Assembly (NCBI GenBank): GCA_963664705.1
Contig: OY761556.1
Coordinates: 4,896,001 to 4,960,000 of the forward strand
Reading direction: 5' to 3'
From: Acidobacteriota bacterium
GTDB taxonomy: Bacteria; Acidobacteriota; UBA6911
Length of the DNA: 64,000 bases
How positions within the stretch are numbered: position 1 is the stretch's first letter; every line of letters begins with the position of its first letter. The position numbers and the translations under genes were made by a program. The notes beneath the pieces were generated by a model that saw nothing but the letters and a program-made list of their open reading frames with translations, searched no databases and was not told where the DNA came from. Shown here piece by piece: positions 30,472 to 39,594 of this stretch.

Positions 30472-31333
30472 CTTTCACCCCCAGTTTCTCAACCAAACGA
30501 CGCCCTTCATCCGACATGGCGGGGATAAAGCCTGCGGACTGAAAGAATCCCTGTCCTTCCTCCGACAAAATGAAATCCACAAAATGATTGGCCAGTGCCT
30601 TGTCGCGTGCGTTTTTCATCACGCCAATGGTGAAGGTCAGCGGACCGGCAGGGAAAAATTCCTCAGGGATTGGAAGAACCTCTACTTTTCCGCTGAAGAG
30701 AGGCATCCGCGTCAACCTGCATTCAACCACGGACACATCCCCTTTTCCCTTTACCAGATCCTCCATCGTGCGCTGGACGCAGCTGCCTTTGATTACAGCA
30801 TTTTTCATGGCCTGATCCAGAACTCCAGCCTTTTTCAGCAGCCCGGTGACCGCTTCTCCGCCCGGCGCTGAGGCATCGGGAGCAAGAATTACCCTGACCC
30901 CCTGCTTTGCCAGGTCCTGTATAGCTGAAATGCCCGCGGGGTTGCCTTTCGGCGTGACCAACACATAGGAAGTAAAGCAGAGCGGCTTAAAGAACGACAT
31001 TTTGTTCGCGCTGCGCAGCTTCTGGGCCAACGCGAGAACTCTTCCCGCAAATACCTCAGTGGTTGCGCTGCCCAAAAGCGATTTGCCTAAGGCGGCGGCA
31101 AAAGCACCGGTAAAAGCGATCTCAATTCCGGTCTTTGTCCGGTATTGCTTGTTTGCAGGAATAAAGGCTTCCGCCAGTCCACCACAAGCCCAGACCTGAA
31201 GCGTATTCTGCCCAAACGATAGTGATTCCGAACCGGCTGCGGCAACCGTTGCGCCTGCTGCGGCCCCGGTGGCGACAGTCAAAAAGGCCCTGCGGTTCAA
31301 GAGGGATTGCGGTACTGTTTCAGTCATATGCAT
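30464..31333 (-). CDS. ModA-like (molybdate/oxyanion) substrate-binding protein with Tat signal
   Basis: 'NRRAFL' Tat motif; 'LVTPKGNPAGI...DLA', 'APGG', 'FVDFILSEEGQ...GF'; four Cys. Confidence 0.8.
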   Translation of the reverse strand: MHMTETVPQSLLNRRAFLTVATGAAAGATVAAAGSESLSFGQNTLQVWACGGLAEAFIPANKQYRTKTGIEIAFTGAFAAALGKSLLGSATTEVFAGRVLALAQKLRSANKMSFFKPLCFTSYVLVTPKGNPAGISAIQDLAKQGVRVILAPDASAPGGEAVTGLLKKAGVLDQAMKNAVIKGSCVQRTMEDLVKGKGDVSVVECRLTRMPLFSGKVEVLPIPEEFFPAGPLTFTIGVMKNARDKALANHFVDFILSEEGQGFFQSAGFIPAMSDEGRRLVEKLGVKDV

Positions 31334-31595
31334 TCTCGCCTTTGAAAAGGTCGCGTAATCGAGTCTTAATTAATGGTGTTGAGACGCGTTTTATCTAAAC
31401 CTGCGCATCTCCAAGTTCAGCCCGGACCATATTGCTGGTTTGAGAAAGGAACGATGCTAATTCGGAATGCCCGTGAGATCGGCCCGCCCACAGATTCGTC
31501 CAACAACCCGGTCAGATGACGATCCTGTTTCACGTAAAGCCGAATACGTTCATTACGAAAGCCCTTGCGGATTCAATATAGTTAAGAAAATCCTT

Positions 31596-31636
31596 ATACA
31601 TATATGCTATCTATATGTCAAATAGATATATTTTAG
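31596..31636. promoter_or_regulatory. Tandem putative LysR boxes in the divergent promoter
   Basis: ATACATATATGCTAT (31596-31610) and ATAGATATATTTTAG (31622-31636); also the dyad ATCTAT-N7-ATAGAT. Confidence 0.5.
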
Positions 31637-31701
31637 GTTAATTATCGTTGTTTGAGAGAGCGAAACATCATTACTTTGCCGGTATTGTTTAACGAGGGAC
31701 C

Positions 31702-32592
31702 ATGGAACTGAGATATATCGAGATATTCTGCGCAGTGGTAGAACTGAAGAGCTTTTCCAAGGCCGCCCAGGCGTTGCATCTGACTCAACCGACGATCAGC
31801 GTGCATATCAAAGCCCTGGAAGACGAGTTTTCGACCAAGCTTCTGGACCGTCTTGGCAGAACGATCCTGCCGACCCAGGATGGCGAAATTCTTTACAGGT
31901 ATGCAAAAGAGATCGTCACTCTGAAAGAGAATGCGCGCAAGGCGATGGAAAGGGTCACCGGCACGGTGAGCGGCAAGCTTACTATCGGCGCAAGCACGAT
32001 ACCGGGAGAGTACTTGCTCCCGCGCCTGCTCGCTGGATTCAGAAAGGCTTATCCCGATGTATTTCCCACACTCCGGATCGCCGATTCGAATGACATTTAT
32101 GAAAGTGTGCTCCGCGGCGAAGTGGATCTGGGCGTCATCGGGAAAGAGGTGAAAGACAAAAACATCATCCTGCAAAAGTATCTGGGCGACGAGATCATTC
32201 TTGTCGCACCGGCAACATACAAGCCTTCCAAATTGCATCGAGACGAAGTCAAAACAGTCCCGCTGATCGTCCGGGAGAGTGGCTCCGGCTCTCGGTCTTC
32301 GCTGGAAGCCCATCTGCAAAGGATCGGACTGTTGTTGGACAGCCTCAATATTGTCGCGGAAATCGGTTCCACGCAATCGCTGATCCAGGCGGTGAAATTT
32401 GGCATGGGATTGGCCTTTACTTCCAGTCTTTCGGTCAAAGATGAGATTGAGCGAGGAACGTTGAAGGCCGTTCAAATAAAAGGAATGGCGATTTTCAGAA
32501 ATTTCTATGTCATTACTCACCGGCTGCGCTTCAACTCGCTGATTTGCAGATCCTTCATCGATTTCCTCACGCAGTCCGGCGGGAAAAAATAA
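31702..32592 (+). CDS. CysL-like / selenium-metabolism-associated LysR regulator
   Basis: 'SFSKAAQALHLTQPTIS', 'GASTIPGEYLLP', 'RESGSGSR'; divergent from the YedE cluster. Confidence 0.85.
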   Translation: MELRYIEIFCAVVELKSFSKAAQALHLTQPTISVHIKALEDEFSTKLLDRLGRTILPTQDGEILYRYAKEIVTLKENARKAMERVTGTVSGKLTIGASTIPGEYLLPRLLAGFRKAYPDVFPTLRIADSNDIYESVLRGEVDLGVIGKEVKDKNIILQKYLGDEIILVAPATYKPSKLHRDEVKTVPLIVRESGSGSRSSLEAHLQRIGLLLDSLNIVAEIGSTQSLIQAVKFGMGLAFTSSLSVKDEIERGTLKAVQIKGMAIFRNFYVITHRLRFNSLICRSFIDFLTQSGGKK

Positions 32593-32609
32593 CCAAGGTC
32601 TCATCTGCT

Positions 32610-32624
32610 ATAGATATATTCAAT
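32610..32624 (+). promoter_or_regulatory. Putative LysR box upstream of the porin gene
   Basis: ATAGATATATTCAAT; first 11 nt identical to 31622-31632. Confidence 0.45.
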
Positions 32625-32694
32625 TGGACATATTTAGGATCTAACGGTACTAATGCGGAACTAGTAAAGCCAACGATCCTACGGAGGGACATAC

Positions 32695-34182
32695 ATGCGA
32701 CAGTGGCGGTATTTTTTTTCAGGCGGGGTTTTTTTGTTATCGGTTTTGAGCGCGGCATTGATCCCCGGTAGTGTGCGGGCGGAAACCAAGCTATTTGCGC
32801 TAGACAAAAACACCAGTGTTTCGGCCTCCGGTGAAATTACGGCACGAAACACCTATGAAAACTGGTTTGAACCAGCGTCGACGAATTACAAAAACAGTTA
32901 CGATTATTTTTTTACGCGCACACGCCTGGCCATTGCCCTTCGCAATCCATACATCCATGCTTATGTGCAGGCCCAGGACGTTCACATGTGGAATCTTCCT
33001 GAAAGCTCTATTGCTCCGGCGCCTCAGGGAGCCCTGGGTAGCGGGGCAACCTATTACTCCCATGCCAAGAGCGATTTCGATCACAGCCTGATAATCCGGC
33101 AAGCCTACCTGGATTTCCCCAAGCTCTTTTTGAAGGGGCTTTCCACAAGGATTGGTCGCTTCGATTATGCGGATGGCCAGGAGGTCACCTATAAGGATAA
33201 TCCCAAGGTGACGTGGCTCAAGAACACGCGCTTGTCTGACCGGATGCTCGGCGCCTTTGACTGGTCTTCTTACAATCGCAGTTTCGACGGGCTTCAGGCC
33301 AAATATGACAGGAAGAATTTCAATCTGTACGTTTCCGTCACCCACCCGACGCAGGGAGGCTATGAGAACAATGCTCAGAAGACGATCTCTTCCATAAACC
33401 TGGGCAACATTACCGGCACGATCAAATATGGCGGATGGCTGAAAAACACTGAAGCGCGCATTTTCTATTATTATTACTTCGATCACAGAAACATTCCGAC
33501 CACACTCGGACAAAGCGGTCTGAAGGATGGACCGATTCGAATCAACACCTTCGGCACCCACTGGCTGCACACTGAAAGCACCAAATCCGGCGTATTCGAT
33601 ATGCTCTTCTGGGGCGCGCTCCAGGATGGGAAATGGGGCGCCGTGGATCACAAAGCATGGGCTGCGGCGATAGAAGGAGGGTTTCAGTTCACAAAGATTC
33701 GCTGGAAGCCCTGGATTCGAGGCGGCTATTTCGCCTCATCCGGCGATTCGGATGCCACGGACGGGAAGCATGAAACCTTTTATCAGATGCTTCCAACGGC
33801 TCGCAAGTATGCGCTTTTTCCATTTTACAATTTGATGAACAATGAAGACCTGTTCATTCAGACCATTTTGAAACCCAAAGAAGCTTTCTCCATTCGAGCG
33901 GATCTTCACAGCCTTAGCCTTCAGAACTCCCATGACCTCTGGTACATGGGGGCGGGCCCGACACAGAGTTCGGGTACCATATTTGGGTATACGGGGCGTC
34001 CCAGCAACAATCAGAGCGGGTTGGCAACAGTCCTGGACATTTCTCCCAGCTATACATTCTCCAAGTACCTGTCGGCAAACCTCTATTATGGTCACGTTTT
34101 TGGACGGGATGTCCTGAAGAGCATCTATCCCAAAAATTCAAATGGCGATCTGTTTTATATAGAGATGAAGACACAATTCTAG
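32695..34182 (+). CDS. Alginate-export family outer-membrane porin
   Basis: Signal peptide; 'IRQAYLD', 'RSFDG', 'SSGDSDATDGKHETFYQMLPT', terminal F. Confidence 0.8.
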   Translation: MRQWRYFFSGGVFLLSVLSAALIPGSVRAETKLFALDKNTSVSASGEITARNTYENWFEPASTNYKNSYDYFFTRTRLAIALRNPYIHAYVQAQDVHMWNLPESSIAPAPQGALGSGATYYSHAKSDFDHSLIIRQAYLDFPKLFLKGLSTRIGRFDYADGQEVTYKDNPKVTWLKNTRLSDRMLGAFDWSSYNRSFDGLQAKYDRKNFNLYVSVTHPTQGGYENNAQKTISSINLGNITGTIKYGGWLKNTEARIFYYYYFDHRNIPTTLGQSGLKDGPIRINTFGTHWLHTESTKSGVFDMLFWGALQDGKWGAVDHKAWAAAIEGGFQFTKIRWKPWIRGGYFASSGDSDATDGKHETFYQMLPTARKYALFPFYNLMNNEDLFIQTILKPKEAFSIRADLHSLSLQNSHDLWYMGAGPTQSSGTIFGYTGRPSNNQSGLATVLDISPSYTFSKYLSANLYYGHVFGRDVLKSIYPKNSNGDLFYIEMKTQF

Positions 34183-34234
34183 CCGGAAGCAACGACTTGC
34201 CCCGTACCACACATTACCTGTCGACAGAATGACA

Positions 34235-34257
34235 CGGGGCTCCCGGTGGGAGCCCCG
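34235..34257. terminator. GC hairpin after the porin (terminator or REP-like)
   Basis: CGGGGCTCCC-GGT-GGGAGCCCCG; no U-tract. Confidence 0.4.
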
Positions 34258-34458
34258 CCGTCCCGGCCTATGCCGCATATCATTTGTGGAAGCTTGAGGC
34301 GCGATGCGTCTCAGCCCCGGAGGGACCCGGAGGGGCGGTCAGAAAGTAGCCGGGGGTGACGCGAATCGAGCCCCGGCAGAGATAAGCCCGAGAAAGGGCC
34401 CTGGCAGGGCGATAGAAACGGTTAACTCTCGGCCTATCCGTTCCGTTCCATTTGGCTG

Positions 34459-35577
34459 TCAAGCGGGCGCTTTCAGTCCAGTTTCCACCATCCACTCATC
34501 CTCGGTAAGAAAAAAGGAAAATTCAAAGCCTTCATCCATGCTGTAGCCATCCAGATGCCAAAAGCCCGGCCCGCATCTCGCCTTGGCCATCGTCTGGCAG
34601 CAGGGGCAATCGGCCTCCAAGGGGGAGTCTTCTTCAGGCGAAACCCATGGCATCCTTGTGCGTTCGTACTCAATAAGACACGACGGGGTTTGACCCTCGT
34701 ACTCAGGATCGGGTGAGTCCAGCCACTCTGCTTTTAGGCGCTCCAGCCGTGCAATTTCGTTCTCTATGGAGATCATCCTTCTTTTGCTCACCCAATTCCA
34801 GCAGTCGGTAATCAGCATCCGGACCAGATTGTAGTAAATCACGATCTCATGCGTACCGAATCCGGCAAAGCGATACGCATGGGATCCCTTGCTCAGGCAC
34901 GGAGCCGGCTTCTTGAGCCGATTCCACTGTATCTCCCGCGTCTCCATGTCCATATCAATATATTCGCGTTTCATCAAAAGGATTTCTCTCGGTGGCCGGC
35001 CGCCCAATTCATCGCGTGGCGTCACCAGCCATTTCGCGTGAATCTCAGCAACCGGATCTTTCAGATTTGCTTCTCGGGCTGCGCGACATTCATTGGCAAC
35101 AAATTCCGTAATGGCACCGTATAGAACAGGTCGCGCATCGATCGGTTGAATGGCCGCCCGTTTGGCGCGCCGCTCATCGGCGACGGCTTTGTATCCCTCG
35201 ACAGAATCAAGAAAGAGCCAATCACTATGGACCCGGTATGGCAACCATACTTCGGTGAGCTCCCGACCATTGTGAAATTGGACTTCTCCTTCCGGCATCA
35301 AGAAGGAGAAGGACGCTTCCGACGCAAAAACCCGTGCGGCCAGATCCACAAAAACAATCCCCAAATCCCAGGCTGCTTCGTTGACACCATTCAGAAACTG
35401 GTCCAGGTGCGGCTTGCCACCAACCGGCCTGGCAAACCGCGTCATGGCCTCCTCCACTTCTTCGATCGTCTCCGGTTCGGCCGCCAGCCCGGCCAGAATG
35501 GCATCAGCGATCGAGGCGTGAAGGGTTCCATTAACGGCACGGTTCGCATCTAAAATGTTGATTCTTATTTCGCTCAT
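34459..35577 (-). CDS. Hypothetical protein
   Basis: 372-aa ORF with GGAGG RBS; C-terminal 'DCPCCQ' and 'FWHLDG'; function unknown. Confidence 0.6.
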   Translation of the reverse strand: MSEIRINILDANRAVNGTLHASIADAILAGLAAEPETIEEVEEAMTRFARPVGGKPHLDQFLNGVNEAAWDLGIVFVDLAARVFASEASFSFLMPEGEVQFHNGRELTEVWLPYRVHSDWLFLDSVEGYKAVADERRAKRAAIQPIDARPVLYGAITEFVANECRAAREANLKDPVAEIHAKWLVTPRDELGGRPPREILLMKREYIDMDMETREIQWNRLKKPAPCLSKGSHAYRFAGFGTHEIVIYYNLVRMLITDCWNWVSKRRMISIENEIARLERLKAEWLDSPDPEYEGQTPSCLIEYERTRMPWVSPEEDSPLEADCPCCQTMAKARCGPGFWHLDGYSMDEGFEFSFFLTEDEWMVETGLKAPA

Positions 35578-35952
35578 AAAATCCTCCCCAGGCTGTTACT
35601 CCCATACATTCCCGCTTAAACCATAGCTGCCTTCCAGATATCAGCCCCGTTTCCATATCTAATGGCCTGGCCCCCAATTTGAGCCATTTTATTTTCATCC
35701 CGGGGCAGACCAGTGCAGTGCGCACGAGGGCTTCGCCGAAAACGATTTTGTTTGATCGTGGGAGAGCGCTTCCGATCACATGAGTAGTGAGCGAAAAGAT
35801 AGTCCGGCTTTTCTCGCCGGAAAGATCTGGCCGCTAATCCGCATTGGCCGCTAGTGGTTCAGCAGCCTTCAGTGGATGAGGCATAGGTTTGAAATTCTCT
35901 TCCTGTAGTGGTGAGGGTCATGTATTGCCGTCTTTGGAAACGACATATTGTC

Positions 35953-36630
35953 TCAGTCCGAGGTGTCGGTGTCGCTGCGAGATTGGCGGCTCCGGATCCC
36001 CGCTTCGATATCTGCAGTCAGTAGCTGCCACAATTCCGGCTGCGCTTGCTGCCATTGTATCATCCAGGAACGGATGGCCTCCACCTGCGCCGATGCCAAT
36101 GCCGCGGTTTCCGGTGGCAGGGCATATTTGGACACGCTGAATATTTTCAGCTTCTTTTCCACCCATTTCTGAGCCAGGCCCCGCTGCGCCAGCTGATCCT
36201 TGACCAGATCCATGGCCTTGGCGAACGGATCCGCGTCATCCTCTTTGATGAAAAAGGAGACAACTGCCTTGACGTCATGAGCGGCACGGAGGGTTTGCAA
36301 TTGTTCGGACAGAGACCGGAGCGACGCTTCAAGCGACGGGGCAGGCAATACCGATGGGTTCGCTCCAATTTCGACCATTATCTGCCGCACGGTACGCAAT
36401 CCCATCATCGCCTTCTTGTCGTGAATCTCCAGGCGGATGCTCCCGTATCCGAACTCGCTCAGGAACGCGGCGGCATAGAGCTGGATCGCAAGCTGTCTTT
36501 TGGACACCACTGTGTCCTGGCCGAAAAGTGTATATTTATCGCCCATGCTTCCCTTGGGCACGAACTGGTTTCCTGCAAGGAACACGATTTCGCTCGGAGT
36601 CAGACAAGCATTTTCGGGGATGGGGGGCAT
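35953..36630 (-). CDS. Hypothetical protein, possibly GPP34/GOLPH3-like
   Basis: 225 aa; AAGGA RBS; 'DQLAQRGLAQKWVEKKLKIFSVSKY' resembles the GPP34 segment (weak). Confidence 0.5.
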   Translation of the reverse strand: MPPIPENACLTPSEIVFLAGNQFVPKGSMGDKYTLFGQDTVVSKRQLAIQLYAAAFLSEFGYGSIRLEIHDKKAMMGLRTVRQIMVEIGANPSVLPAPSLEASLRSLSEQLQTLRAAHDVKAVVSFFIKEDDADPFAKAMDLVKDQLAQRGLAQKWVEKKLKIFSVSKYALPPETAALASAQVEAIRSWMIQWQQAQPELWQLLTADIEAGIRSRQSRSDTDTSD

Positions 36631-37006
36631 GTCTTGTTTCCTTTCTCTGTACCGATAATCCTATCTCCTGTGGCCGCGACTTCATCCGCAGCCTTCCGGC
36701 CGGCACGAGTTTAATCCAAAGACGGTGCTTTGAGATAATCAATCTGCATGGTTTGAATTTGAATCTTCGGCTGCCGGTGGCACGACATTGGAAACTGCGG
36801 ATATGTCAATATTGCGGGGGAACCAAACTAAGCGAAACGCCTGGTGATTGCAGCGCGGGCTCGGCAGAAAAGCCGAGAACGTTTCACGATACGATTTCTC
36901 AAATGACATAATTTTCGGTTCAGTCGTGCCAGATTACAAATTCCGTTTTGATGATGGATTTGCAATCTGGCACCCGTTCTTCAAAGCATGAATCCGCCAG
37001 CCAGTT

Positions 37007-37372
37007 TCAATAGGCAACGGACGGAGAGCCATTCGCCAGCCACTCTACCAGTGCTGCTCCTCCAGCCGGAGTAGCCCCCTTGATGAGCTGGTCTTCGCCG
37101 ACATTGCGTTTCTTCATGCAGGGAGTACAAACCAGGATCTTCCCCCCTCCCGCAACAAATTTATCCATGAGCTCTTTGAGCGGAGCGAATGGCGGACCCT
37201 CCTTGATTTTTTCCGCCTCTCCTTGTACCGCGCACCAAATGCCGTCACTGCTCAGGAATACCATCGTCTCCTTTTCACTGCCGAGTGCTGCATTGGCGAC
37301 CACGAAACCCAAAGTAGCCTTATCCCCATCCGTACGACAGTGAGTAATGGTTACACAGAATGTACCGGCCAT
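37007..37372 (-). CDS. DsrE/DsrF-like family protein
   Basis: 'FLSSDGI', 'GGKILVCTPCMKKR', 'PAGGAALVEW'; AAGGAG RBS. Confidence 0.85.
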   Translation of the reverse strand: MAGTFCVTITHCRTDGDKATLGFVVANAALGSEKETMVFLSSDGIWCAVQGEAEKIKEGPPFAPLKELMDKFVAGGGKILVCTPCMKKRNVGEDQLIKGATPAGGAALVEWLANGSPSVAY

Positions 37373-37437
37373 CAGTCTTGCTCCTTTCTTCTCGGAATAT
37401 TGTCCATAGTACAGTATTGAACCCCGGTTCAAAAATT

Positions 37438-38457
37438 CTAGTGCACTTCAATTTTTTTAATGCGCTTCACAGAACGTCCGCCGGTGCTGTCTTCCCCTGT
37501 CACCGACATTGCGAATCCATCGGCAGGCGACAGCGGTTTGCCGTCCTTCACTGTGGCAATGACAATCTGGTCGCCCATGCGCGAATTAAAAAGTTCGCCA
37601 AAGGAGTAGGTTGCGCAATAACCATCGTCGCTGGTTATAAGAACATAGCGGTTGTAGGGCGCGGGATCCGATATGGAGATGTATTTCTTCAGGAAAACAG
37701 ATAGCGGAACGCCATCCAGGTCATGGATCCCGTGGAAGCCCTCGCATTCGCCAATCATGACGGCTGCGGGAATGTGGATTTTGGGCAGAGCTTTGAGGTC
37801 CGCAGGATTCACAATGCGCTGAATTTTGCCGATCTGGTCGGTGAGGGAGAATTCGGTGCTGGGAGGACGAACCTTTTTCTTCTCCTGATCATCGTAGGCC
37901 AGGAGCTCAACATCCACACGAGAAACCTTTATCTCTGTCAAATTCGTCATTGTGCGGCCGTCATGAATATCCGTGGCAACAACCAGGGTTGGCGAACAAG
38001 GCAGCTCCTCGCGTTCATACGCTATCAGGACACTGCGCCCAATGCTGGAATAAAAGATCTCTCCAAACGAAAACACGATTTCCCGGTTGTCTCTATTCCG
38101 GATTTGAATGAACGTGCCCGGCTCCCATTTTCGCTTATGCTTCATCCCGGCTTTCCATAGAATGTCCCGCAGGAGGACGCCGCGAAAGGTGGTTTGTGTC
38201 ACCTTTTCCTTATCCTGCCGGTCACGCACCCGCTCCGGAATCACCGGGACATCGCGGATGAGAAATGGCGGCATCGCTTTGAGATCAGCAAGGGATACGG
38301 ACAATTCCTTTTGCAGCTCGCCTCGAACCGCAATTGAAGCCTCCTGGGAAAGGGCTCGCCTGGCCAGGAAGGGAGTGAGCAAAGAACAACACAGGCAGGA
38401 AACCATCCAACAGGCTTTCCCAGCCTTTGCAAAACGCATATTGAACAAGGAGAACAT
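37438..38457 (-). CDS. Exported protein with two tandem Oxidored_molyb-like (molybdopterin-binding) domains
   Basis: Internal duplication: 'FRGVLLRDIL...IVFSFGEIFYS...DIHDGR' and 'LDGVPLSVFL...ATYSFGELFNS...DSTGGRSVK'. Confidence 0.65.
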   Translation of the reverse strand: MFSLFNMRFAKAGKACWMVSCLCCSLLTPFLARRALSQEASIAVRGELQKELSVSLADLKAMPPFLIRDVPVIPERVRDRQDKEKVTQTTFRGVLLRDILWKAGMKHKRKWEPGTFIQIRNRDNREIVFSFGEIFYSSIGRSVLIAYEREELPCSPTLVVATDIHDGRTMTNLTEIKVSRVDVELLAYDDQEKKKVRPPSTEFSLTDQIGKIQRIVNPADLKALPKIHIPAAVMIGECEGFHGIHDLDGVPLSVFLKKYISISDPAPYNRYVLITSDDGYCATYSFGELFNSRMGDQIVIATVKDGKPLSPADGFAMSVTGEDSTGGRSVKRIKKIEVH

Positions 38458-38780
38458 CGGAAGCTCCCTTTGAGAATGCGGCAATCGCCTCGTTGCCGGC
38501 TCCTCGCGGGAGGTCTAGCAGGATGGTGGATTCCTCTGCAGAGTATTTCCCGGACGGATACGCAATGATGCGATCTGTTTGGTCATCAGCACTTGCACGC
38601 CGTGCAACCAATGCCGGGTTCAGGTTTTTCGTACGTAAATCACCATTTTTTCCTCGGGGGCGGAGTTTAACACAAGGTATTCGATCGCGCAATTTTTGCA
38701 TTCCTGCCCGATGAAGGAGCGCAATACCGGTGCGAACTGCAAAAATATTGAGATATAGGCACTAAAGGGTAAAAAGCCGT

Positions 38781-38808
38781 TAATGAAAAATATGCAAAAA
38801 TCCGATAA
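38781..38808 (+). promoter_or_regulatory. Putative sigma28 (FliA/SigD) promoter for cheW-MCP
   Basis: TAAT-N16-TCCGATAA versus consensus TAAA-N15/16-GCCGATAA. Confidence 0.45.
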
Positions 38809-38881
38809 CACAATCGCTGAAACGGGACGGTGTGGGATCCCGACAGGAACAGCAGCAATAAATCCTATACACAATCGGCGA

Positions 38882-38963
38882 GTGTCTTAACGGGCAGAAT
38901 TTTGGTTTGCAAGTTGAAGGCGCAGCGGGCATACGCGGTTCCAATGCCTGCTGCGCCTTTTTT
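38882..38963 (+). ncRNA. Candidate cis-regulatory leader RNA (antiterminator/riboswitch) with intrinsic terminator, copy 1
   Basis: GTGTCTTAACGG-GCAGA(loop)TTTGC-AAGTTGAAGGCGCA, then terminator AAGGCGCAGCGGGCAT/ATGCCTGCTGCGCCTT + T-tract; same core at 44253..44329(-). Confidence 0.7.
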
Positions 38964-39023
38964 ATTGCTCAGAGTGACTCCGGATACGGAACACAAATCT
39001 TGAGCGGAATTCAGGGGAAAACG

Positions 39024-39563
39024 ATGTCAACCATGTTGGTTCGGGATGAGCCCGCGATGTATCCGGCCCACTCCAAAACCGCAGCCAATGCTACCGATTT
39101 TGGGGGCAAGTTTCTGACTTTCTTTCTGGCAGAGGAGGAATATGGCATAGCAATCCTGAAGGTGCACGAAATTATCGGGATGATGGCTATCACAAGCGTG
39201 CCGCGAACTCCCGCCTTTACCCGTGGAGTCATCAACCTCAGAGGGAAAGTCATCCCGATTGTTGATCTTCGGCTGAAATTCGAAATGCCGGCGCAGGATC
39301 AAACATCGGAAACCTGCATCATTGTCGTTCATGTTCAAGGCATCGAGATCGGGATTGTCGTAGACAGGGTATCAGAGGTTTTGAATATAGCAGGAAGCGA
39401 TATTGAAGAAGCTCCATCGTTTGGAACGGATGTAAATACCGATTACATCCTGGGGATAGGAAAGTCGCAGGGCAAGGTCAAAATCCTGCTGGATATCGAC
39501 AGGGTCCTGTCGACCCGGGAAGTCCATGAGATTGCGTCCCCCGAAACGGCAAACATCAATTAA
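39024..39563 (+). CDS. cheW: Chemotaxis coupling protein CheW
   Basis: 'FLTFFLAEEEYGI', 'GVINLRGKVIPIVDLR', 'GIVVDRVSEV'. Confidence 0.95.
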   Translation: MSTMLVRDEPAMYPAHSKTAANATDFGGKFLTFFLAEEEYGIAILKVHEIIGMMAITSVPRTPAFTRGVINLRGKVIPIVDLRLKFEMPAQDQTSETCIIVVHVQGIEIGIVVDRVSEVLNIAGSDIEEAPSFGTDVNTDYILGIGKSQGKVKILLDIDRVLSTREVHEIASPETANIN

Positions 39564-39594
39564 GCCTTAACCGGCCCATGGTAAGGAGATCAAC

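Noticed and set aside
25467-34182. Selenoproteins (in-frame TGA + SECIS) in the island
   Set aside because: All ORFs read through with Cys; no TGA-interrupted frame found, including a partial manual check of 31334-31560.
38460-38640. Moco or fluoride riboswitch upstream of the molybdopterin-binding-like gene
   Set aside because: Only fragments (GCTGATGAC, CCTCCCG, a TTGCAC/GTGCAA hairpin); the required conserved cores could not be assembled by eye.
38882-38963. c-di-GMP-I riboswitch or ANTAR dual hairpin as the identity of the cheW leader
   Set aside because: No GGCAAA/GNRA tetraloop-receptor pattern; only one possible A1/G4 hexaloop (AAGGCG) and no conserved partner hairpin in both copies.
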